64,000 nt of DNA from the human T2T-CHM13v2.0 reference genome, Homo sapiens. How positions within the stretch are numbered: the stretch's first letter is position 1; each line of letters opens with the position of its first letter. The stretch is from NCBI RefSeq assembly GCF_009914755.1, contig NC_060925.1; one strand, given 5' to 3'. A program made the translations under genes and the position numbers. The notes below the pieces were generated by a model. It was given only the letters and a program-made list of their open reading frames with translations. It ran no database searches and was not told where the DNA came from. This document shows positions 1 to 18,279 of this stretch, one piece after another.

Positions 1-1469
1 AAAGGAATGAGTTTCTAATTATGGAATTAGATTATTGGAGAGGGGAGTTCCATACCTTTGAAATCTTTCCAAGCAATAGATGCCCTTCTTCATTTGTGGG
101 TAGATAATAGACCCCACAATGAATGGCAAAACTTTGAAACCTTTTTTTCTTGTTATTAAACATATTGTAGCAATAACTATCACCTATGAAAGCCAAGAGG
201 AAAAGTGTAGACACTTAGCAAATGGCCAACTGTGATTGCTTCAACTGGGAATCTGAAATTCATTCTATACACCCAGTCATTCGATTCTTTTCTTTTTGTC
301 CTTGTACAAATAGAGATTCTGCCGTAGGCCATTTAAAAGAAAACTAACTTCAAAGTACAAGCTGTTTAGAAACTAATGGCAGTGCCAGAAATGATTATAA
401 ATTGTTTCAGAATTATTTTCTTCAGTAGCTTTTTTAACTGCAAAGATGTCAGAGGACTGGCCCACACAGTCTTTGACAGTTGTAAGTTCCAAAAGAATTT
501 CTTCCTGAAATGATGTAGGTTGTCATTACCCTTCATCACATGCACGTATGCATAAAGCTGTGTTGTTCATGCCAAATCAAACTTCCAACAGTCAACTGGC
601 CTTCTCCAATTGAAGACAAGAATAAAGCTCCTTGAAAAATTATTCCATTCTGATTCCAGAGTATGATTATTACCTCTGAACAAGATTTGCCACGGGCAGT
701 TCAAGGACAAAGCAGATTTAGTTCCTAGTACATGCCCACATCCAGCAGTGAGTTTTAGCACTGAAGGCATTGGACATTGCTTGGGCGTTAGGCTTGGGTC
801 AGGAATACAGCATCTGCAGACCAGGGCAGCAGAGCTCTTTGGACTCTGCGACCGCTACCAGCTCACTGCTTAATCTAATTTATTCATTCAACAATATTTA
901 TGGAGCAGCCACCATTATCCAAGTCTTTAGGGTGGGGTCAAATCAGAATTCTACTGAGTCTTGTTCTTACCAAGTGATCTGCCGCTGTCCAGAGAACTGG
1001 GTGTGCGGCCTAGTGCCCAAACAGCATCTGCAGTTGCCACATAGAGAAAAACTTGTAGAGTATTCTCAGCCAAGTGCCAAGGGGATCCTGATAAACTGTT
1101 TGTATGAATCCTCACCCCACTCAAGAGCCAAAGTCTTTGTCGTTTTAGAGAACTTGGTGTAAATAGAAAGGAGGAAGGAAAGCTAACCTTTACTTTTCTA
1201 GTCTGTTGTTGTTTTTGTTTGTTGCTTTGTTTTGTTTTGTTTGATCTTTGTTTTAATATAAGTGTCTCCAATGCCTATATTATTGATATACATAGAACTG
1301 ACTGTCTACTTTTTTAATAATTAATTTCTGCCTTTGGAAAACGAGAGAAACAAATACAACCATTTAAATACAGGAGAAGAACATTGCCAAAGAAGAATAA
1401 AACACAGTGATGGTAGGCATCACAATTTGTCCTCTGGTTTGCACTGACCGCCTGACTTTTTAAATAAAC

Positions 1470-1705
1470 GTTTTGTTTTTGAATAAGTTTGGATTTACAG
1501 AAAACTTTTAAAGATTTTATGAAGAGTTCCTAGATACACTTGCCTTATTCCCCCAACATTAACATCTCAAAACTAGAAAATGGGTATGGGCACATTGTTA
1601 GTAACTAAATTATAGACTTTGTTCATTTCACCAGTTTCTTCACTAATGTGCTAATTTTTTTCAAGATCCAACCCACAATATCATATTTCATTAAGTACAT
1701 CACTT
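1470..1705 (-). mobile_element. Old L1MC-type (L1MC4/5-like) 3' end fragment
   Basis: Degenerate match to the L1MC 3' end in reverse orientation (ttggatttacagaaaa...actaaattatagacttt...tttcaccagtt); recalled consensus, approximate ends. Confidence 0.6.
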
Positions 1706-1847
1706 TCTTTTAAATTATAATTAATATTCTTAAATATTAAATTTCTATTTCTGAAATCCCCATGAGCTCTAAAATGTAAGCAACTCACTGTTAACTTCAA
1801 CTGGAACTTTCTAACTAAAGTAGAGTAAAAAAGATAATAACTTATTT

Positions 1848-2192
<345 letters not shown>

Positions 2193-2718
2193 TAACTATG
2201 AAAAGACTTGCTGGATTCTCTCCAATTTAGCTGAGAACACTAGATCTATTAATGAAGGAAAGAGAAGACACTGCATGTTACAGAGAACACTGAGTCTTTT
2301 AAGAACTGCAGGCCCTAATGATCATGCTTCTAAAACACAAATGGGCATGAAATCATATTTATGGTTAAGGGACACTTTGCAAAATCAACATGTAATTAAT
2401 GATGAATGATGAAATTCAAACACAATTATGCTATTCTTCTTTCCCTTTGTCATGGAAAAGTTAAACATTGCCTAATATAATCAATAACTGCTATGGAGGA
2501 AAATCTGCCTCTAAAATCTGCCACACAGGTAGCACATGCTTTGTTACTTTTACAAGAAATTAGAGCAATTAACCAAAAAGGCTACTACATATTTCAGGAA
2601 ATATTTTAATGAAAAATAGTAATTTAAATAATGTCAGCCCCCAGATAAACTATCACCAGAGCAATGGCTACATCTAGATTTCTGTAAAACTAATTGAAGT
2701 ATCTCAATGCCTAAACTC

Positions 2719-3052
2719 CTGTTGTCCCTTGATATTTGTGGGGAATTGGTTCCAGGACCTTCCACAGATACCAAAATCCACAGATGCTCAAATCTCTGAT
2801 ATAAAATGGTGTAGTATTTACATTTAATATATGTTTATCCTCCAATATACTTTGTATAATCTCTAGATTACATATAATAATATAATGAAAATGTTAAGTA
2901 AACACTTGTTATACAGTACTGTCTAGGGAATAATAAAAAGAAAAAAACTGTACATGTTCACTACAGATGCTATTATTTTTTTCAGTATTTTTGACCAGCA
3001 GTTTGTTGTTGAATCCACAAATGCGGATGCCACCGGTAAGGAGGGTAGACTA
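2719..3052 (+). mobile_element. MER2 (TcMar-Tigger non-autonomous DNA transposon)
   Basis: ttggttccaggacc...ataccaaaatccacagatgctcaa...ttgaatccac...gaggg..gact matches the MER2 body and both termini. Confidence 0.85.
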
Positions 3053-5149
3053 TATTTTAAACAGATTATTTGTAAGACATTCTTTCTATTACTCAATAAT
3101 CATAACACTTTATAAGATTTATTTAATGTTACCGCATTTAGTATCACTTATATGATTTCACTTATTGCCCTAAGGCCAATCCCATTCTTTACGATCCATT
3201 AACACCTCCTTTACCCTTGTTTTGTTTGGTTTATTTTTGGCTATATTTCCAAGGTAAAATCCTTTTTTCTTTCTGAACTTGGTGTTAGTGTTTTTTGTCT
3301 TCTCAGCTTGATTTTCCAATTTCTCTTAAGGACTTGGCTTAGAATCAACCTATTATCATTATTATTTTCTAGTTTGGGCTACCCAGGGTAGGAGACCTCG
3401 CATTACTGGGCACTAAAGTGCACATTCCCAATTCTTCCTCTCTCCTTGACTAAGTCTGACTAATGTTCCTTACTGGTATTTGATAACCCGTAGTATAGTG
3501 CTACCTGTAATAACACATTAATGCTCTATCACAGTGAGAGAATAATTACCAGAACTGGCAACATTTCTTACTGCAAAGTAAAATCCAACCCAACCACAGC
3601 AGTGCCATACAAATTATGTTTGTATGGGACCAAAGTTGTAGGGGAAAGGAGAGTATTCAAATGAGTATTCTATATCTGCTTGTGAACTTGAAGGAATACT
3701 CAAATGGCAACAGAATAGAAAAACAAAATGAGAGATACAGCAAAATTATGGGAAAAGAGAAAATAAGGGGTTAATAATTTATCCCTGAAGGGATTCTGTT
3801 ATTTTGTGCCATTGCCACGGTGAAAATATAATTTTTGAAATATCGGCATGGTTATCTTTTCTTTTTGGCTCATGTGGGCTAAATCTCTTGCCCCATAATT
3901 AGCCAGAAGGTCTTCTCCTGGTCATAGGGGCCTCTGGTAATGCCAGCCTCCCCATCCCATGTAGACTAAGTGAGTTACTCACCGGATGTCATCAGCTTCT
4001 GAAAATTGGTAGTGGGGAACATTGTCTGGGCCTCTGGGCAGAGATGCTGCTTGTAAGGCTAATGTTTTGATCTCAGGGCTCAGACTCCAAGGGCAAGCCC
4101 AGAAATGGTAGTAGTGACTGATAATTCTTGAAAATAGTGCTATTATAGATTCATAACAAAGCACAAAAGCATGAGCTATTGTGGCTGCAATCTAAAAGTC
4201 CATGAATAAAAAATGTTTGGGGCCAAAGTGGAGGAGATGGTTACAAATGGTTTTGTAGTATAAACACAGCTGGAGACATTTTATTTAAACGAACTAAAAG
4301 GGCAGCTTTTAAAAGCAAAGCCCATCTTGATTCATAAAACTGCACCCATTGCAAAAGCTGTGGCCAGCAAGCACAGTAAAACATTCAGGACAGCTGGGGT
4401 CAAAGAGCCTTTCACAGATATATTAAGAAAGAAAGGCCTACTAGAGAGAGAGTAGTCTGCTAATAAATCAGAAAAGGAATGAAAATCATGATGGCTCAAA
4501 AATGACTGACTTACTGAACAGACGTATGGTCAAAAGAATAGATGTTAACAACAAAGCTAAGGAAAAGAAGTCTGGGTTATTAAAAAGCAATGAATGCTTT
4601 GTACATATAAAGTAGCTATTGATGGAAAGCACTATTAGAAAATATTTGAAAAATCTGAAGCATAAATCAGTAGTCTGGGAGGACATACTTCTCAGCTCAA
4701 GCCAAAGATGATCTGGTCCTTTGCCATGCAAGTGGTGCTAACTGCAATTCTTACTAAAATGAAGGGGGGGATACCTGTAACTGTCATAAAAAGAGCTATA
4801 GAATCAAAAGAAAAACAAAAAGCAATCATGAAGAAAAGAGAGTGGAAGGGAGGACATGGAAAACAATCTTTGGATGAAATTGTAAAAGTTTGATATAATG
4901 GAAATAAGATACATCTAATATATTGGAGAAAGAATTTTAAAGTTAGCTAGATGCCCGATAGAAAAAAAGGAATAGACCAATAATTTTGGACTATGCACTT
5001 CACCGTGTCAGTTCCTTTTTGCTTGAAGGTAAAACACATTGGAAATGCATTTACTATTGACAAATTATACATCAGGTTTATAAAGGATCTTGACCAAAAC
5101 CCATATTGAAGCCAGGGATACCCTTCACAAGCAAATTACTTAACAACAC

Positions 5150-5560
5150 ATTTGATTATGAGTAACAGAAATCCTGACTCAGACTTAATAAAATGCCTCA
5201 TATAAATGAAATTTCTGGAAATAGGGCTAGCTACCAGAGAGCTTGATATGGAGTCCTAGTGTTGTCCTAAGGCCCATTTACTTCCCATTTCTTTGCTCTA
5301 CTTCACCTGCTGTGGGCTGCATTCTAAGCCTGACTTCATGGCTCCAAGAGAGCTGCTACAGTTCCAACAGCTAGATGCTTCCTCGTTCAGACCTGCCTTA
5401 GAAGAGAGAAGAGACCTTTGTCCCACCATCCTTAGAGCAAATTTTGAAATTCATTCTGATTGGACAAGCTTAAGTCGCATATCTATTTCTAAAATTATTA
5501 CTCAGGCCAGGATGTGAGGAATCAGAGTGGAACATATTGACTAGCTTAGACTAGGTCACA
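5150..5560. mobile_element. Degenerate MaLR LTR (MLT1-type)
   Basis: acagaaatcctgactcagacttaa...ctgattggacaagcttaagtc resembles old MLT1 LTRs; weak match. Confidence 0.4.
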
Positions 5561-8166
5561 TAGTTCATTTCCACAGCCAGAGGTCCAGTCAGCCTCTCCA
5601 GAACTGTTTGGATTTGGATATCCAAATCAAATACAAGCTTGTTAGATGGAACAAGGGTGGTGAGGATGCAATTGCCATATACCCAAATGTCTACTAGAAG
5701 ATTAAATAGAGAAAGGTGCATCCAGAGGTACAAAGAGCTAGGAACAGCTAGAATTCCTTTGTTCCCAGTGCTCTTAATGTCCAACAATCCTTCATTTATC
5801 CAAACGCGTCTCTTAGAAAGCAGATTGAATCTGGCTCTATTTAGTTGCCACATAAAAACCCATTTCCACTGGATTAGATCTGGATTATAAGATTTATACT
5901 AGGTATAGCTGGAAAGGAAAAGATATAAAGTGACAAACTTGAGGAAAGCCATGACAAAGTCATTGACAGAAGACAAGGTTTGAAATTTGGAGAGATTTTG
6001 TCTAAACAAGAAGCTCCTGGTGTCTGAGACAGAGTAGAAGTAGAAGTCAAAGATGGAGTCTGATGTCCTGAGCTGGGTGGAGGCAGTCCAACTAATCCAC
6101 ACACTCACGATGAGCTCACTGATCTACATAGACAAGCTATAAAAACACAAGGCTCAGATCAACTGCCTTGGGACCTGCTTTACTCATTCCCAGCATGCTT
6201 TCACATTAATCCTGTTGCCACTGAAGAAGAAACTATCTTCCAAGGGCTCTAAATGTCATTTTTATGTTTGCCTGGTCTGTCCTAGATTCTAGAAGAAAAG
6301 TCATCTGATAGCCACAGTGCTGTGGCTAATATAAGAGCAGATCTTTGGCAACAGTTAATGAGGTGTCTCCTAGACATCAGTGAATAGCCTGCAAGATTTG
6401 TCAACACCTTCCTCATATTGGTTCTTAATTTATGTTTCAAGAGAAAAGATTCCAGCAAATCTTTTCCTCAGAAAACCTATTTCTGTTAAACAGGAGGAAA
6501 CCACTGATACAGCTAAAAGCCTGACTAAGCAAAGTAAATAATAATCTCACTTACAAATTTATTGATTATTTATACTCCCCCTTGCCCCTTGTTTTAGTTT
6601 GCCTTTGAATTTTCAGCAGTAAAAAGAAAAGCATCATAATATTAAATACAGAGAAACATTCCTAGAGATGTCATTTGTATTTACGGTTCTCAGATTGAAG
6701 CCCTTGTATCTTATACTTCATTTAGACATTTTTTTATGGAGACTTTTCCTTATGAGGTTATGTTGAAGTTTCACTATATGCAAATATGTGGATGTATATG
6801 GTGTATTTATTTTTTAAAATCCCTTTGGGAGTCTGTTGATTGCCTGTCCCTCTCTTTCTTTTTTACCTTTCTATTCATCTGTTGCTTGATTTTCTTTCTT
6901 CCTCCCTCCAGTATGTTTATGCATTCAGAGAACAGTCTTAAGGGAAAAGCCTGTGATTTATCATTACACTATAATGGGTGCCCTGCTTCCGCTGAAGGAG
7001 GTCAACCTCTCTTAGAGATACCACAGTCCCTCCTTATTAACGTTCTGTTCCCACTAATGGCTTGGGGTAGGGCAGCCAGGTCTTACAAGGAAGGCATTTA
7101 AGAAGAGCACTTTGTTTAATGGAAGCTGGGGGGTTTTACAGGGACACACATAGCACCAAGCTCTCTGGTAAGAGTGACACAATCACAGATAAAGAACACC
7201 CTCTCCTCACTAGACGCAAAAAGAGAATGGGCTTTTGAAAAAATCGGTATGCCCTTTCCCCTCACTCCCGTACTCAGTTGCTCCTGTGTATTTCTGATTG
7301 CTATTCCATGATACCTCTACAATTACTGCCCCTTTCTTACTCTCACTCTTCTTATTTCAGGCCCTCCATCATGTATTTTTCAGTCTTTAATAGCATTCTT
7401 TCTTTGGTCTACCCTACTGCCCATTCTCTTTCTAAGTCACTGGTTTTATCACTACCTTGTTAAAACCTTTTGCACTTATAAAATAAAGTTCAGATTCATT
7501 AGCTAAGGTCCTCTCCAGTCTCACTCTGGTTCCTACTTTCCTTAAGCTGCAGCTACACTCATCTACCTGCCACTTCTTGAAACCGGAACCCAGGAGATCA
7601 GAACGTAACTGGAAAGCGTGAAGTGGGACAATCTGAAAGCATCCAGATTCAATTGTGCGTGAAGGCAAAGAAAATAACAGCATGCCCTTTTAAAATGTTG
7701 GTTTTAAGTGATATGGAGACACTACTTTGGAGCATTTTCCTCTTTGCATTTCTACTCTTGGCACAGTGCTTGGCCCATGGTGAGTATTTTTAAAAAGTAG
7801 CAAATAATAAAACAAAGTTGATAAAACTCTAAAAATAATTTTAAAAAGGAATGAGGCATGGGGACTTAATTTAAAAGTGTAGAGCCAAGGAATGAGAAGT
7901 GATTTTTAAATTTCGTCCTCTATGTAATGGTGCATGATGAGCTTCAGAGAATAGTACCAGTGCCATTTTCCATTTTGTGTATTTAAGTTCATCCTAATTA
8001 TCTTCAATATCAATTATTCATTATGATGGCAAACTGGGCAATACTTCACATAGGCATGTTTGTGACATGATATGATTTATCATCACCCTCCAGAAGGAGG
8101 TGAAGAGGCAGACTGACCACAATCACAAAGTGACCATCCCAGTGTTCACAGAGAATAGAGACACAA

Positions 8167-8400
8167 TTTTTTTTATTTATTTTTATTTTTCACTTTTTTT
8201 TTGAGACAGTCTCGCTCTGTCCCCCAGGCTGGAGTGCAATGGCGCAATCTTAGCTCAGCGCGATCTCGGGTTCTAGAGATTCTCCTGCCTCAGCCTCCTG
8301 AGTAGCTGGGATTACAGGTGCCTGCCACCACGTCTGGCTAATTTTTGTATTTTTGGTAGAGACGGGGTTTCACCATGTTGGTCAGGCTGGTCTCAAACTC
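8167..8400 (-). mobile_element. 5'-truncated AluS with internal rearrangement
   Basis: Poly-T tail, right arm and linker present; stops at ...tctcaaactc; caattttt flanks both sides (8164, 8401). Confidence 0.9.
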
Positions 8401-9255
8401 CAATTTTTTAACTTCCCTTAATATCATCAACCTTAAATGTTGCAATAAATTGAGTCAGCTATGTTGCTGTCTTAATCTATTGCAAACCAAAGAACACTGA
8501 TGCTCTTCTTTTCAGACTTGTGTTTATTGTCATATAGGTTTGACCTATTATTTAATGAATAGTCTCTGTACCAGCTTGCTCTTAATCCATGTTCTGAGTT
8601 GATTTTAAAATTCAACACGCCAGTATGATGAAAGGCTGTAAATATTGTAAGCATCCATCTTGTACAGATTAGTTAAATAAATAACTTCACCAATATAAAA
8701 CAGAATATTATGTAACCATAAAAAAGAATGAAATGGTAAGTAGATCTATATGTCTTCACATAAAAATATACCCAAGCTATGTTTCAAGTTAAAGAAAAAT
8801 CAAGTTCCAGAATATTATTTATTGACTCCCCCTCTTGTGTCAACTTGGTGCACCTTCTTTTACAGCCTCACTTATCCACCCCAAAACACACTTCTAAAAG
8901 GCTAGATAAAAAGTTGTTAATAATCTTTTAATAATCTGTGCCCAAGGGGAGTAGAACTGGTGGAGATGCATTGGTTAGGAAAGATCATTTTTATTTGAAT
9001 GTCTTACCAAGAAAACATTTAATCTTATAGTAAGAATGTTAATTTTAGATATCAGGAGTCCAAGAGCAAAGTTTATTTATTCTAGGCCTACAAGATGTGA
9101 ATTTTTTTTAACCTGTGTTTAGCAACCACAGTGATGGTGAGCATAGGTAGAGAGGGGGCTTTGTCATAAAACCAATACAATAATCCTAAGGAATAGTGAT
9201 TGATTCATTGATCCACCCATCCATTCATCATGTCATGTCCCATCTATCTATTTTT

Positions 9256-9984
<729 letters not shown>

Positions 9985-10202
9985 TAATTTTATTATTATT
10001 ATACTTTAAGTTTTAGGGTACATGTGCACAATGTGCAGGTTTGTTACATATGTATACATGTGCCATGTTGGTGTGCTGCACCCATTAACTCGTCATTTAG
10101 CATTAGGTATATCTCCTAATGCTATCCCTCCCCCCTCCCCCCACCCCACAACAGTCCCCAGTGTGTGATGTTCCCCTTCCTTTGTCCATGTGTTCTCATT
10201 GT

Positions 10203-14014
<3,812 letters not shown>

Positions 14015-14080
14015 TATGATGTTAGCTGGTTATTTTGCTTGTTAGTTGATGCAGTTTCTTTCTAGCCTTGATGGTCTTTA

Positions 14081-15077
14081 CTATTTGGCATGTTTTTGCA
14101 GTGGCTGGTACTGGTTTAGTGTTTCCTTCAGGAACTCTTGTAAGGCAGGCCTGGTGGTGACAAAATCTCTCAGCATTTGTTTGTCTGTAAAGGATTTTAT
14201 TTCTACTTCACTTATGAAGTTTAGTTTGGCTGGATATGAAATTCTGGGTTGAAAATTCTTTTCTTTAATAATGTTGAATATTGGCCCCACTCTCTTCTGG
14301 CTTGTAGAGTTTCTGCCGAGAGATCAGCTGTTAGTCTGATGGGCTTACCTTTGTGGGTAACCCGACCTTTCTCTCTGGCTGCCCTTAACATTTTTTTCCT
14401 TCATTTCAACTTTGGTGAATCTGACAATTATGTGTCTTGGAGTTGCTCTTCTCGAGGAGTATCTTTGTGGTGTTCTCTGTATTTCCTGAATCTGAATGTT
14501 GGCCTGCCTTGCTAGATTGGGGAAGTTCTCCTGGATAATATCCTGCAGTGTTTTCCAACTTGGTTCCATTCTCCCCGTCACTTTCAGGTACACCAATCAG
14601 ACGTAGATTTGGTCTTTTCACATAGTCCCATATTTCTTGGAGGCTTTGTTCATTTCTTTCTATTCTTTTTTCTCTAAACATCTCTTCTCGCTTTATTTCA
14701 TTCATTTCATCTTCCATCGCTGATACCCTTTCTTCCAGTTGATCGCATAGGCTACTGAAGCTTGTGCATTCATCATGTAGTTCTTGTGCCATGGTTTTCA
14801 GCTTCATCAGGTCCTTTAAGGACTTCTCTGCATTGGTTAGTCTAGTTAGCCATTCGACTAATTTTTTTTTAAGGTTTTTAACTTCTTTGCCATTGGTTCA
14901 AACTTCCTCCTTTAGCTTGGAGTAGTTTGATCTTCTGAAGCCTTCTTCTCTCAACTTTTCAAAGTCATTCTCTGTCCAGCTTTGTTCCATTGCTCGTGAG
15001 GAGTTGCGTTCCTTTGGAGGAGGAGAGGTGCTCTGATTTTTAGAATTTCCAGTTTTTCTGCTTTGTTTTTTCCACAT
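14081..15077 (-). pseudogene. L1 ORF1 (RNA-binding chaperone), frameshifted
   Basis: Fragments ...EQSLQEIWDYVKRPNLRLIGVPE, ...RRATPRHIIVRFTKVEMKEK and ...KNFQPRISYPAKL lie in different frames; short deletion near the C-terminus. Confidence 0.93.
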
Positions 15078-16109
15078 CTTTGTGTTTTTATCTACCTTTG
15101 GTCTTTGATGATGGTGACGTACAGATGGGTTTTTGGGGTGGATGTCCTTTCTGTTTTTTAGTTTTCCTTCTAACAGTCAGGACCCTCAGCTGCATGCAGG
15201 TCTGTTGGAGTTTGCTGGAGGTCCACTCCAGACCCTGTTTGCCTGGGTATAAGCAGCGGTGGCTGCAGAACAGTGGATATTGGTGAACCTCAAATGCTGC
15301 TGCCTGATCGTTCCTCTGGAACTTTTGTCTCAGAGGAGTACCCTGCTGTGTGAGGTGTCAGTCTGCCTGCTTCTAGGGGGTGCCTCCCAGTTAGGCTACT
15401 CGGGGTTCAGGGACCCACTTGAGGAGGCAATCTGCCCGTTTTCAGATCTCAAGCTGCATGCTGGGAGAACCATTACTCTCTTCAAAGCTGTCAGACAGGG
15501 ACACTTAAGTCTGCAGCAGTTACTGCTGCCTTTTGTTTGTCTGTGCCCTGCCCCAGAGGTGGAACCTGCAGAGACAGGCAGGCCTCCTTGAGCTGTGGTG
15601 GGCTCCACCCAGTTCGAGCTTCCCGGTGCTTTGTTTAGCTACTCAAGCCTCGGCAATGGCGGATGCCCCTCCCCCAGCCTTGCTGCCACCTTGCAGTTTG
15701 ATCTCAGACTGCTGTGCTAGCAATGAGCAAGGCTCCGTGCGCGTGGGACCCTCCGAGCCAGGTGCAGGATATAATCTCCTGGTGTGCCATTTGTTAAGCC
15801 CTTTGGAAAAGTGCAGTATTAGGGTGGGAGTGACCCAATTTTCTAGGTGCCGTCTGTCACCCCTTTCTTTGACTAGGAAAGGGAATTCCCTGACCCCTTG
15901 CACTTCCAGGGTGAGGCAATGCCTCGCCCTGCTTCGGCTCACACATGGTGCGCTGCACCCACTGTCCTGCACCCACTGTCCAGCACTCCCAAGTGAGATG
16001 AACCTGGTACCTGAGTTAGAAATGCAGAAATCACCCATCTTCTGCATCGCTCACACTGGGAGCTGTAGACTGGAGCTGTTCCTATTCGGCCATCTTGGCT
16101 CCATCCCCC
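15078..16109 (-). promoter_or_regulatory. L1 5'UTR: internal sense promoter plus antisense promoter; YY1 site at 16087-16097
   Basis: Intact YY1 motif CAAGATGGCCG near the L1 5' end; many CpGs decayed to TG/CA. Confidence 0.8.
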
Positions 16110-16303
16110 TAGAGATGGGGTTTCTCCATGTTGGCCAGGCTGGTCTCGAACTCCTGACCTCAAATGATCCGCCCGCCTCAGCCTCCCAAAGTGCTGGGAT
16201 TACAGGCATGAGCCACTGCACCTGCCTCCATTTTTCTACCCTCTTTTCTAGGACGTTTCTGTCAGTTACTATGTGGGAAGCAGTACTTGCTGCTTCTGAG
16301 TAG
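15656..16303 (+). other. L1 antisense ORF0-like reading frame, extended to 215 codons through Alu and unique DNA (translation unproven)
   Basis: ATG at 15656 in GCAATGG context; MADAPPPALLPPCSLISDCCASNEQGSVRVGPSEPG matches the primate L1 ORF0 N-terminus; no stop until TAG at 16301-16303. Confidence 0.55.
16110..16226 (-). mobile_element. AluSq/Sp-like element, 5' part (continuation of 9760-9971)
   Basis: tagagatggggtttctccatgttggccaggctggtctcgaactcctgacctc...gagccactgcacctgcc completes the left arm. Confidence 0.95.
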
Positions 16304-18279
16304 AGAAGATTCTGTGGCAATTCTTGCTACAATTATCACCATAGTGTAGTTCATGAAACACTCACTTCTGCCTGAGGCTTCTTACCCCACACACATGCAC
16401 AGATGCATGAGTCCCCTTGCAGTGCATTGGCAACACCAATGGGAGGTGCATTCCTGCACTGGAAGATGAAGCAACTAGATGAATTTTAAGAGCCATTCCA
16501 ACTGTAGTGTTATGATTCTGTAAATATTCCTATTATCAAAGGTGGTATTGTTAGTGAAGAAAGCATAGAAAAAGAGAGAATTTACCCATGGAAATACCAC
16601 TTTTGACAGAGCATATTTAAGGAGATTGTGTCTTAACCTGTCTTACTTTGTCATTGATTATTGATTATGAATCCTATTACTTAGAAGCCTTCTACAGGCT
16701 CACATAGGGCATTGTGTTACATTATATCATTTTCTTTTCTGCATCCTTATATAATGGGGAAGGCACCTGCTTCACTGCACAGAAAGGGGTAAAGCTGGCT
16801 TTATGTAATATCTTTTAACATTTTTTTAGAGAAACATGTTTAAAAATACAAACTTGCATTCTAGCATACTTTTGAAATGAAAAAGAAATTAATTTTAACA
16901 TAATCTATTGATGTATAAGCATAAATATATGATTTATTCCTTTTCTTGATTTAATATGGATTTTTATTCCATGTAGTATTACTTACTGAGTGTGAAGACT
17001 AAATTCATCTGTTACTTTTCAATCAGTTATCACCTTATCATTGAATAGAACACAATTACATGCTATTAAATAATTTATTCAATATTGTAGTTGCCAAAAA
17101 ACAATAAACTATTCAATTGTTCTTTGCAGGTATTTAATAACTATACACAGCATAAAATAATTTGACATTATTAAGCAATTACCATTTAATTATTATAGTT
17201 AGCAAAATCCATTTGGCATTCAATCAATTTTTCCACAAGTATGTTATTTAGTAAATTATATTTAATTCAGCCTTCAAATCAAGATAAATTTAAAAATCAC
17301 AAACTTCTCAGCATAATTTTAAGAACATTAAAAAGTTCAAAATGTTAAAGATAGTTTTCAAAGATATGAACCTCAAAAGAAAGTACACTGACAAGTTTTG
17401 CAAAATTGCAACTTCTGATAGATCCATGTCACTTCACTTTTGGATCTCAAACTATATACCATGATAAAATTATTAAATCTTCTTTAAGATGGTAGTGTTC
17501 ATACATTTAAAAAATTATTTACTTTAGCCAACTTCAATCAAGCTTTTCTAGTTTTGATTGCTTTCATCTCTGCTACCTACAGAGCTTGTCTTTTACTATA
17601 GATTTTGTCACCACATCGTATTTAATCTAGTGTTTTATTATATAATGTATTATTGCTCTATACTTTTTTATGTACACAAATTCTTCCCTCCATCAAAATG
17701 TTAACTTCCTTAAGAGCAGAGAAGAAAATGTGTGGGCGAGTGTGTGCACAAACGTGTTTTTCTCTCCAGCTATTTAACAGATTATTGTACATATGGTGGG
17801 AACTGAATTTAATGGAAACAAAACAAATTGGGTTGACTATTGAAATAGATCTTTGACCAAAGCTTGTGGAGTTCTTTCTGAAGAAGCTGTAAGATTTAAA
17901 CAAATTTAATGATCCAATGACAAGGTTTTATAAAACCAACTATATCCAATTTTCTGGATTAATTGTTCAATCAGATTCCTGCATCCCAACTCTGTTTTAT
18001 TTATTAAGACCAAAGTAATTAAAAATTCAAAGTAGTCAATACTGCCATTTTAGCCCTTTGAAAGACCATCTAAAATGGCTTAGAGTCAGCTATTATCAAA
18101 GCAACTCGGAAGAGAAAGTGATCAAGTTGTGCTTCCTTTGGCTGAGTGGAATGAACATGACATGTCTTTTATGTTACCCTTTTTAATTCTTCCAATGATT
18201 TTACTTTTCAACAGTGTTTTCAAAGTACTTCAGTTTATATTTTACCTCTCGTTGAGGTCCAACAGTCAAAATCTCACTT

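Noticed and set aside
770-1162. 130-aa ORF in unique DNA
   Set aside because: TTG start, no recognisable domain, no supporting exon structure; this length is compatible with chance.
7777-7785. Strong isolated splice-site-like motifs (ATG/GTGAGT here; also acceptors near 26840, 34316, 44330 and a donor near 61231)
   Set aside because: I could not pair them into exons with an open frame, and such motifs occur by chance. lncRNA exons cannot be excluded without transcript data.
10125-10148. G-quadruplex motif on the minus strand
   Set aside because: A standard feature of the L1PA 3'UTR, not specific to this locus.
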